Assembly: GCF_018350175.1 (NCBI RefSeq)
Contig: NC_058374.1
Coordinates: forward strand, 79,546,001 to 79,610,000
From: Felis catus
Taxonomy: Eukaryota
DNA length: 64,000 bases
Reading direction: 5' to 3'
A program made the translations under genes and the position numbers. This document shows positions 1 through 29,420 of this stretch, in pieces. The first letter of the stretch is position 1; every line of letters starts with the position of its first letter. A model generated the notes under the pieces. That model was not told where the DNA came from, did not search any database, and saw only the letters and a list, made by a program, of their open reading frames with translations.

Positions 1-173
1 CTCTGTCCAGACTCAAAGTGCTTTCCACTATCCTGTGCTTTCTCTTTAGAAGCTGGGCATTCAAATGAGGGATTGAAATTTGTGACTAAGGTTCATAAAT
101 GGTCAGAATTTATCAATCTCTTAATACTTCAGGAACTTCCTATTTCTTGTAAGAAGTAGATGAGGAATAAAAA

Positions 174-1271
174 GGGGTGCCTGTGTGGCATAGTCAGTTA
201 AGCACCCAACTCTTGATTTCGGCTCAGGTCATTATCTCATGGTTCGTGAGATTGAGCCCCGAGTCAAGCTCTGTGCTGACAGTGTGGAGCCTGCTTGGGA
301 TTTTCTCTCTCTCTCTTTCTTTGCCCCTCCCCTGCTCACAAGTGCCACGCGCTCTCTCTCTCTCTTTCTCTCTCTCTCAAAATAAATAAACATTAAAAAA
401 AAAGAAGGGGGGCGCCTGGGTGGCGCAGTCGGTTAAGCGTCCGACTTCAGCCAGGTCACGATCTCGCGGTCCGTGAGTTCGAGCCCCGCGTCGGGCTCTG
501 GGCTCATGGCTCAGAGCCTGGAGCCTGTTTCCGATTCTGTGTCTCCCTCTCTCTCTGCCCCTCGCCCGTTCATGCTCTGTCTCTCTCTGTCCCAAAAATA
601 AATAAACATTGAAAAAAAAAAATTAAAAAAAATAAATAAATAAATAAAAAGAAGGGCGCCTGGGTGGCTCAGCCAGTTGAGCATCTGACTCCTAATTTTG
701 GCTTAGGTCATGATCCCAAGGTCATAGGATTGAGCCTTGTATCGGGCTCTGAGTTGAATGTGGAGCCTGCTTCAGATTCTCTTTCTCCCTCTGCTCCTCC
801 CTGGCTTGTGCAGGGGTGTGAGCTTGCTCTCTCTGTCTCTCAAAAAAAAAAAAATTTGAAAAAAATTTTTGAATGTTTTTATTTATTTTTGAGACAGAGA
901 CAGAGCATGAGCAGGGTAGGGGCAGAGAGAGAGGGAGACACAGAATCTAAAGCAGGCTCCAGGCTCTGAGCTGTCAGCACAGAGCCCAGACGTGGGGCTT
1001 GAACTCACGGAGTGTGAGATCATGACCTGAGGTGAAGTCAGACGCTTAACCGACTGAGCCACCCAGGCGCCCCCCCAAAAAAATTTTTTTAAAAAGAGGA
1101 GGAGGGGGCCTGGATGGCTCAGTGGGTTAAGCATCCAACTTTGGCTCAGGTAATGATCTCACGGTTTGTGAGTTCGAGCCCCACACTGGGCTTTGCGCTG
1201 ACAGTGCATGGAGCCTGCCTGGGATTCTCTCTCCCTCTCTCTCTGCCCCTCTCTTGTGCTCTCTCTCTCAA

Positions 1272-1326
<55 letters not shown>
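174..1326. mobile_element. Cluster of five CanSINEs (+174-400, +409-635, +654-860, -865-1076, +1105-1326)
   Basis: tRNA-derived heads GGGGCGCCTGGGTGGCTCAGTCGGTT, (CT)n region, AATAAA/A-rich tails. Confidence 0.93.
1275..1326. repeat. (TA)n microsatellite in a SINE tail
   Basis: About 26 TA units. Confidence 0.95.
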
Positions 1327-1329
<3 letters not shown>

Positions 1330-1721
1330 AAGAGGAATAAAAAGGACAAATTCTCTCCCCTTAAGGAGTTTAGAATCAAGTAGATGTAACAAAACACAGG
1401 AAAATAGTTCTAGAACACTTGCTACACAACATGTAAATAAATGAGTAGTGATTGCTAAGATGTAAGCAAAAGGAAATGAGCAGTATGAGAGTTGATATGT
1501 TCACTGATCATTTACAAACACCTCTGTTGGGTCCTCTACCCCACAAGAGATATGTATGTAATGTCTACAACATACACTTAGCACCTACATTAATATTATC
1601 ATTCCAACACTGAGATTCTTTGGGGATGTTCTCGTTCTTGTCTTTGTTTTTAAAAATAGTCTCTGCTAGAATCTCAGCTCCTAAAAGAGGTGGATAATGA
1701 TGAAGAAAGACGATGATGATA

Positions 1722-2263
1722 GGGGCACCTCGCTGGCTCAGTCAGAAGAAGATGCCACTCTTTAAACGTTTATTTATTTTTGATGGAGCGCCTGGGTGGC
1801 TCAGTCGGTTAAGCGTCCGACTTCGGCTCAGGTCACGATCTCGCGGTATGTGAGTTCGAGCCCCGCGTCGGGCTCTGTGCTGACGGCTCAGAGCCTGGAG
1901 CCTGTTTCAGATTCTGTGTCTCCCTCTCTCTCTGCCCCTCCCCCGTTCATGCTCTGTCTCTCTGTCTCAAAAATAAATAAACGTTAAAAAAATAAAAAAA
2001 AAAAAAAACACGTTTATTTATTTTTGAGACAGAGCCTGAATGGGGGAAGGGCAGAGAGAGAGGGACACACAGAATCAGAAGCAGGCTCCAGGCTCTGAGC
2101 CGTCAGCCCAAAGCCGGACGCGGGGCTCGAACTCACAGACCGCGAGATCCTGACCTGAGCTGAAGTCGGCGCCCAACCGACTGCACCACCCAGGCGCCCC
2201 TGAAGATGCCACTCTTGATCTCAGTGTCCTGAGTTTGAACCCTGCACTGGGTGTAGAGATTAC
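1722..2263. mobile_element. Triple-nested CanSINE (host + ; inserted - ; innermost +)
   Basis: TSD gaagatgccactctt at 1748-1762 and 2202-2216. TSD acgtttatttatttttga at 1766-1783 and 2010-2027. Confidence 0.9.
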
Positions 2264-3039
2264 NNNNNNNNNNNNNNNNNNNNNNNNNNNNNNNNNNNNN
2301 NNNNNNNNNNNNNNNNNNNNNNNNNNNNNNNNNNNNNNNNNNNNNNNNNNNNNNNNNNNNNNNNNNNNNNNNNNNNNNNNNNNNNNNNNNNNNNNNNNNN
2401 NNNNNNNNNNNNNTTATCCAATAGAATTCATCAGGAAAAAGCCAACTGGAAGACCAGAATTTTGAACTGAATTCTTTGGTGGAGGAAGGAAAGAGAAACA
2501 GAACCAATTGAATCTGCACGTTTGGGGATGTAGTTAGTACTTAGCAAACGTAAGCCATTAATGACTGTGAAATATCCCAGTGAAGTGAGTTTTCCTGGTT
2601 CTTCCCTTAACCCTCCCCTCTACCTTCTACACCCCATCAAGGAGCATTAGATCCTCTGTCTTCCTCATACAATCCAGTTGATGCCGTTTATGTAAAGAGC
2701 AAGGCTGGAAGGCCGAGAGAGGGAGAGAGAGAAACAAAGAGAGAGGGAGGGCTGGAAGTCATGGTACTCCTGTCAGTGCCCTCAGAAAATTACATTTTTA
2801 AAGAACTCCAGGAAAGGCTACGCCCTATTTTCCCAGTAACCCAAACCGCGTGAGTTTCCAAGTAAGTTCTTTTTGTTGTCTACCCTATTTCTCTTCTCTT
2901 GAAATTTAAACTCTGAGCGCTGAAGATAAAGGGGAGAAGGAGGCAGAGGCCTGGCTCTCCAGATAGCGACTAAGCAACGGGTAGCTAAGGATCTCCGTCT
3001 TGGCGTAAATGGGGAAACCCGCGCCCCCAAGAGGCCTTA

Positions 3040-3500
3040 AAGCCCACAGCAACTCGACCCCGCCGCCGGTATCACGTGACGGTGCGGCGCGGCGGGTAGA
3101 CTACAACTCCCACTGTGCCGCGCGGCACGCCGGCGTTACAAAGCTCTCGCTCATTGGTCGCTGGAGATATTTGAAAGGGGGGGCTGGCGCGGAAAACGAA
3201 GGTTGAGTCTTGGGTTTTTGCAGAGCTCTTCTTGTGGCGAGTAAGTCCTGGACCTGGTGGGGAGGCGACCTCTGGGGCGATAAAGCCCAGAGGAACTCGT
3301 GAACGTGTGTACGTGCCAAGGTGAGGTGGGGTCCCGGCGCTGACTTGAGGGGAGGGGCGGCTCTGCGAAGGAAGGTTGGGAGACCTCCGGATATCCTGGT
3401 GAGCTCCGAACTCAGTGGAGGCCTCCCGGTATGGAGCGTCGGGGTGGTGGAATGGGTAGTGAGGCTCCGGATCCCCCGAGAGGAAGGAGAAGCAGAGGCG
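3040..3500 (+). promoter_or_regulatory. ESPL1: ESPL1 CpG-island promoter and non-coding exon 1 with cell-cycle (CHR/E2F/NF-Y) elements
   Basis: CpG-rich. E-box TCACGTGAC 3072-3080. ACTACAACTCCCA (ZNF143/THAP11-type motif) 3100-3112. Reverse CCAAT (ATTGG) 3153-3157. CHR TTTGAA 3170-3175. E2F-like GGCGCGGAAAA 3186-3196. Candidate donors GA|GTAAGT at 3240/3241 and AG|GTGAGG at 3320/3321. Exon 2 acceptor at 3908/3909. Confidence 0.85.
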
Positions 3501-3602
3501 TCCGTTTATAACGGGAGCCTGCTGTCCTGACATGGGCGTTTTTCCCGAATAGGGTTTCTTTCTTTCTGTCTGTCTGTTTTTCTTTCTGTCTTTCTTTCTA
3601 CT

Positions 3603-3768
3603 TCCCTTCCCTTCCCTTCCCTTCCCTTCCCTTCCCTTCACCTTCCCTTTACCTTCCCTTCCCTTCCCTTTTCTTGTAATCTCGTAATCTCTACAAAGTG
3701 GAACTTGAAGTGACGACCCGGAGATCAAGAATCCCACAGCTCCACTGACTGAGCCAGCCAGGCGCCCC
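3603..3768 (-). repeat. (CCCTT)n tract plus short antisense SINE remnant in ESPL1 intron 1
   Basis: cttcc repeats 3603-3670. SINE head reverse complement (gactgagccagccaggcgcccc) ends at 3768. Confidence 0.8.
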
Positions 3769-3920
3769 TCCCGATAGGATTTCTCATGGGATTCTTTGCA
3801 AACAACCCCCCCCCCCCACCGCCCCTCACTTCTGCAGCCTTCAAGCCCTTCTCCTGCCCTCCATTATGAATCTTCTCCGCCTACTCTAATCCTTCTCCTT
3901 TTCCCTAGCCCTCCAACGCC

Positions 3921-24118
<20,198 letters not shown>

Positions 24119-24260
24119 TCCCTTGGAGCTGTCCTATCACAGATAGAAGCCATGTGACTGTTCTACCTCCTGTTCTTAGATTTAACCCTTAGGATAAATA
24201 TTTTAAATGACTTTTCCAGTGTTTTATATGAAATATTTCCTTTTGATTTAACTTTAATAT

Positions 24261-24266
24261 AATAAA
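24261..24266 (+). terminator. ESPL1: ESPL1 polyadenylation signal
   Basis: AATAAA about 140 nt after the stop, followed by a GT-rich downstream element (ctgtgttttgtgtggtt) at ~24284-24300. Confidence 0.85.
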
Positions 24267-24485
24267 GATGTAACATTTAAACCCTGTGTTTTGTGTGGTT
24301 CATCTGAGAACATTTGAAGACAAATTATTGCTCCCTCCTACTATGTGGTACTGTAAAGAGGTGAGAATAGCTTGCAGGAGTCCAAGTCTGAGAGTGTTAG
24401 GAAGAAAGGCAAAACCACAGGACAAAGGTGGGCCTGGCTTGGCCTCAGCAGACAAAGCTGAAGGGTATCAAAATGCTCTTAAGTT

Positions 24486-24710
24486 GGGGGTGCCTGAGTG
24501 GCTCAGTTGGTTGAGCATCTGACCTTTGATTTTGGATCAAGTCATGATCCCAGGGTCATGGGTGGAGCCCCAAGTCAGGCTCCACACTGAGTGTGGAATC
24601 TGCTTGCGAGTCAGTCTCCGTCTCTCTCTCTCCCTCCCCCTCCCCTCCCTCTCTCTCTCCCCTCCCCTCCCTCTTTCTCTCTCCTCCCACCCCCCACCTT
24701 CCCCAAAAAT
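24486..24710 (+). mobile_element. CanSINE between ESPL1 and PFDN5
   Basis: SINE head and CT-rich region, flanked by the aaaatgctct(t)aagt repeat. Confidence 0.85.
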
Positions 24711-25399
24711 GCTCTAAGTGGATACAAAGGCTTCAGGAAGGATAGAGATAGACCCATTGTGAGTGTCTTGGCCAGGTCCCATCATGTCTGTCCTGTCTTC
24801 CTGTGCTCAGGTATCCTGGGAGTAACACTAGCTTTAATGCCTCAGCTGCCCTGCCCTGCTCCAACGTGGGTGATAGAGGCTCTTGTTCTCTCCCCCACAT
24901 ACCCCTGTTACACTTGTCAGGACCGCACACGTCAGCAGTAGATTCTCTGGAATTCTATTTACATATGTTTTTTCTCTCACCAACTAGATTGTTAAATTCC
25001 TCAGAAGCACATTATCTTACACTCTTGTGTATCCCTCACATCTAACACATTACGGTAAAACATCGTTTTGATTAATAAACTTTGTACTATACTTATTGGT
25101 TGATAACGTGTCTCCTTAGTCTCTCCATCACCAGACTCTTGGTGATCCCAAAGCACCGCGTTTGCGATGCTATTGACCCGCGAATTTCCCAGGTTTCTTG
25201 CTTGCCTGTCATTCACTATGTTTATACGACCCACGTGGAGTAGCATACATTGTTTTGCAATATTGTTATGAACTGGATATTTTTAAGATTTTTATAAGTT
25301 CCTTGAGCGTAGGAAGCCTGTTTGCTACAACTTTGCTATGCCAGGCGGGCGAGGTTTTGTGAAAAATCATGAGCCGCTCTACAATTCAAGTTAAAGACT

Positions 25400-25800
25400 C
25401 CAGCCCTTCTTTCTCTTCCGGGATGGAGGATCATAGAGACGTTCGGAGCAGCGAGGCCTCCAGGCGCATCCATCGAGATGCGCAGAGGGTGGCTAGAGCG
25501 TTGCTCGCCGAGGCGGCTTCCGCTTCGTTAGTCCTCCTTCCCAACATGGCGCAGTCAGTTAACATCACCGAGCTGAACCTACCACAGCTAGAGATGCTCA
25601 AGAACCAGCTGGACCAGGTGAGGACGGGCGGCCGACACCCCTTTCCCGCCTCACATCCCTTTTGCCCACGCGTACTCCCTCGCCCCCATTCCTCCCCGCT
25701 TTGGGATGCTTGCCTTCCCCTGCGAAACCTCCACACCATCCCAGGACGAGCCCCCTCTCCGGCAGGGCTTCCCCTCTTTCTCCAGCTCCCAGACTGACCC
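25400..25800 (+). promoter_or_regulatory. PFDN5: PFDN5 CpG promoter / 5' end
   Basis: CpG-rich. ETS-like CTTCCGG ~25414-25421. Inverted repeat GCGCATC-N6-GATGCGC 25464-25483 (NRF1-like half sites). Pyrimidine-rich leader before the ATG at 25546. Confidence 0.7.
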
Positions 25801-28123
25801 TGTCTACCGTCCTCCCTAGGAAGTGGAGTTCTTGTCCACGTCCATTGCCCAGCTCAAGGTGGTACAGACCAAGTATGTGGAAGCCAAGGACTGTCTGAAC
25901 GTGCTGAACAAGAACAACGAGGGTATGGGGTAGGCGCGTGAAGGCGACATGGGGGATGTGGTGAGCCGGCTACTCTCGCCCCGCCTTCTAATCCAGTTGT
26001 TCTTACCTGAGAAGAGAAAGCAATCCACTACGTATCGTATGCCGCTACGTGAGCCCTTTGCATGTTGCCTGCCTAGAATTGAAACGTACAGGACATTCCT
26101 CTGCTCCTGTTGTCCCTGTTTCCGTCCTTTTCTTACTATCTCTGTGCTGTGCCGTATTGGAACTCCCTTTAACGTCTTAACCTTCCCTGCTTGTTTGTCT
26201 TAATTGCTTTCACAGGGAAAGAATTACTCGTCCCACTGACGAGTTCTGTATCCTTTCGACAGAAACTGCTACCCTGCTCTCTTTTTCTCTCTCACCTGTC
26301 TCTCTCTCTCTCGAAAAAAAAAAAAAAAAAAAAAAGGTGGGATTAGTTTTGATTACTGCAGAATGTCCCCATGATTCTGAGAACACTCTTATTATACACA
26401 CTTTATACCTCACCTAGCCTGGGGCCAATATCCAGCTAATGCTTTGTGAGCACAAAGGCATGTGTAGAATTGAGGTGTGATTATTTCCCTTTGCTGTTTG
26501 AGAATATCGTCTAATATGAAGACAAAACAGGTGTGTTTACACTTTGACTAATAACTTAGAAGACATAAACAATAGAAGGATAGGATATAGAAACAAGGGG
26601 GTCGGCTCTGTGTGTGAATCCTCAATTTTGGTTTAACAGTGGCTATTTCCAAACTGTTGTTAGTAAGAAATCTGGATTGTTTTACTTGAATGAGTGAGTT
26701 GTGACAGTAGGGCACCTGGAAGCTGAGAACTGACAGGCTGAAAAGAAAACAACAGAAGTAGTGTCATAGGGATTGGCCACTTAGCATTAAGTCCGTCAGG
26801 AATTAGCTAGTGATTTTGTGATTGGGGCTGTTGAGGGAAAGTGGTCTGGCTATTTTTTTTTTTTAATGTTTTATTTTTTTTTTATTTTTGAGAGAGAGAG
26901 TCTGAGCAGGGGAGGGGCAGAGAGAGAGAAGGAAACAGAATCCAAAGCAGGCTCCAGGTTTGAGCTGTCAGCACAGAGTCTGACGCAGGGGCTTGAACCC
27001 ATGAACCGTGAGATCAAAACCTGAGTGGAAGTTGGACCTTTAACTGACTGAACCACCCAGGTGCCCTGAGGCTGGCTTTTCACTTTTACTACTCCACAGC
27101 AGTAGGAAAACACTGTATGTAGTCCTTCTAGAGGGGCTAGTGGGAAGAATTATAAGAACTGCTTGGAGAATGGGAGGGCCAGAGGGTGTTTCCGGCATAT
27201 GTCCTTTCTCCATAAGGCACCGAGTTCTCTGTCCCTCCCCATCTGGAGTGTATAGGTATAGTTCTGAGGCCTCCAGATCCTTCAGTCCTTGTGCCTTGTA
27301 GCTTTTTAGAAAAGGCCAAGCAGGTTAGCTGACAGGGAATCATGACTCCTGCTGGGCTAGTTTTCCCTTAATCCTTACTTCTCAGATGTATGTCCCGGGG
27401 AAGCTACATGATGTGGAACATGTCCTCATCGATGTGGGAACAGGCTACTATGTAGAAAAGGTGAGTGGAAGTTACCACGTGGATGCCTCTCTGAGCAGGG
27501 AAAGGAAGTTTAGGGGACGAGCTAGAGTGCAGCATGGGGTCTCCTCTTAGCCCTTCATTCACCTCTGGCCTTGCAGACAGCTGAGGATGCCAAGGACTTT
27601 TTCAAGAGGAAGATAGACTTCCTCACCAAGCAAATGGAGAAAATCCAGCCAGCTCTGCAGGAGAAGCATGCCATGAAACAGGGTAAGTGTCATGGCCCTT
27701 ACTGTCTGGGGGTCAGTGTTTGTTTAAAAGCTCCCCAGGTAATTCCGTTACACAGAATTGAGAAGCACTCTTCTAAAGGCAAAACTCTCGTCCACAGTAT
27801 AATTTTCTGGTTATGTTTGAATCATTTGGGACTGTATTTTGTTCATTTTTATGTCCCAGTGGTTATCATATTTAGACACATTGTAGACTCTAAATTTGTG
27901 TGTGTCCCCCAGTGAATCACTGTGTTAAAAGTTTTATTAACTGTACTTGGTTGTCCACCTGTCCTTAATTTTTTTCTCACTTCCTGAACTCTGGGTTCTC
28001 CCCTCTAGCTCCAGACCAGGGTCTGAACTCTTCTTTTTTTCCACAGCTGTCATGGAGATGATGAGCCAGAAGATTCAGCAGCTCACAGCCCTGGGGGCAA
28101 CTCAGGCTACTGCCAAGGCCTGA
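25546..28123 (+). CDS. PFDN5: Prefoldin subunit 5, 154 aa, 6 exons
   Basis: Exons 25546-25617, 25820-25922, 26216-26247, 27386-27460, 27577-27682, 28047-28123 sum to 465 nt. Protein [37 protein letters not shown]...[15 protein letters not shown]...[10 protein letters not shown]...ATAKA*. Confidence 0.97.
26248..27385 (+). other. PFDN5: U12-type (minor spliceosome) GT-AG intron, PFDN5 intron 3
   Basis: 5' splice site GTATCCTTT at 26248-26256. U12 branch-site-like TTCCCTTAAT at 27363-27372, about 14 nt before the AG at 27384-27385. Confidence 0.92.
26853..27067 (-). mobile_element. CanSINE inside the PFDN5 U12 intron
   Basis: Reverse SINE with T-rich tail and head ...ccacccaggtgccc. Confidence 0.9.
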
Positions 28124-28227
28124 GAGCTTGTATCAGAAACGGGACAGAGGGACCCTGCTTCAAGGAGCCTGGGACTTTGTGGGCGTGGCTTCCTGGGGTC
28201 AAGGAAGGGAAGGGTCTTATTCATGCT

Positions 28228-28233
28228 AATAAA
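28228..28233 (+). terminator. PFDN5: PFDN5 polyadenylation signal
   Basis: AATAAA about 105 nt after the stop. GT/T-rich tract downstream (tgttggtcttttctt). Confidence 0.85.
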
Positions 28234-28399
28234 TGTGCCAGCTGGGCAGAATGTTGGTCTTTTCTTGCATTAAGCAAAGGACTGGTGGTCGAGACGCTGT
28301 GCCCCTCCCTAGAGCCTGCTCTGTAGGGATGGGGCGGTGCTTATCTAGGAGGCTCCACCCTGAGCCTCTCGGGGAGTTGGGGAGAAGTGCCAAGAGGAC

Positions 28400-29420
28400 C
28401 TGGTCTTTGCGGACGGTTGCCATGGGAACCGTCCAGCGGAAATGGAACTGAGCGGGCTCTTCCTCTTCCGGGTCGGCGACCCGCCTCCCCACGGGGGGGC
28501 GGGGGAAGGCTGATGGGCCACCGCTCCCTGCGTGGTCTTCTGCCTCTGCTGCTGCTGCGGCCGCCACCCTCCCGGGCCGGGCCTCGGACGCTCAGCCTGG
28601 AGTCCGTCCCGCCGTCCAAGCGACCCCGCGGCAGCCGCATGGCACCGCCCCGGATCGGGACGCACAACGGCACTTTCCACTGCGATGAGGCCCTGGCGTG
28701 CGCCTTGCTGCGCCTCCTGCCCGAGTACCGGGTACGGTCGGCCGAACGTGCCTCCGGCGCGGGCCGCGCCCGTGCGCCCCTCCTCCCTCGAGACCCCAGC
28801 CGCCCCCTCACCTCCTGTGTTCCCTGCAGGACGCAGAGATCGTGCGGACCCGGGACCCCGAAAAACTGGCCGCCTGTGACATCGTGGTAGACGTGGGTGG
28901 CGAGTACGACCCGCAGAGACACCGATATGACCATCACCAGAGGTGAGCTCCCAGATACCATTTCTTGAACTCCTTTGACTTCGGCTCTCCTCCACTCCGA
29001 GGCAGCCGTCCGCCGCGGTGGTCTGGCCCGCGTCAGCGAAGGGGACCGCCTCATCCTTGAAAGCCAACCCCCGAGTCCCGCGGGACGGCAGCCCGCCAGC
29101 CCTCCGCCCGCTCTGCACCCGTCCATCCTGCTTCGGGCCTCCCCTGGCTCCCGGGCCGGCCTCTGGCCCCTCGCGACCGGCCGCCTTCCTCCGCTCAGCC
29201 AGGCTTTCCTCCCACTGGCGCCGTCCTCGCCCCCGTCAGCACCCCAGCCCAGGGTCGTCCTTTCACGTGTCCGTGCCGCTTCAGACAGCTGGGCCCACGC
29301 GGTGGCGGTGGTTGGTGGCCGCTCAGACGTGTGTGGTCTTCCGCTTCGTTTATACCCTTCCACTGGGAAGTCTTTCTTTTCCGAGGCCAGCCCATCGTCC
29401 GCAGGACCGTTCCAGCCCTT
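28400..29420 (+). promoter_or_regulatory. MYG1: MYG1 promoter CpG island
   Basis: GC/CpG-rich from ~28400 into intron 2. RFX X-box GTTGCCATGGGAAC 28416-28429. ETS/YY1-like GCGGAAATGG 28436-28445 and CTTCCGG 28465-28471. Confidence 0.8.

Noticed and set aside
409-500. tRNA-like A/B box sequences
   Set aside because: They are the tRNA-derived heads of SINEs, followed by CT-rich bodies and A tails, not tRNA genes.
177-2519. Recurrent short ORFs such as [23 protein letters not shown] here and throughout the window
   Set aside because: They are translations of CanSINE consensus sequence, not a gene family.
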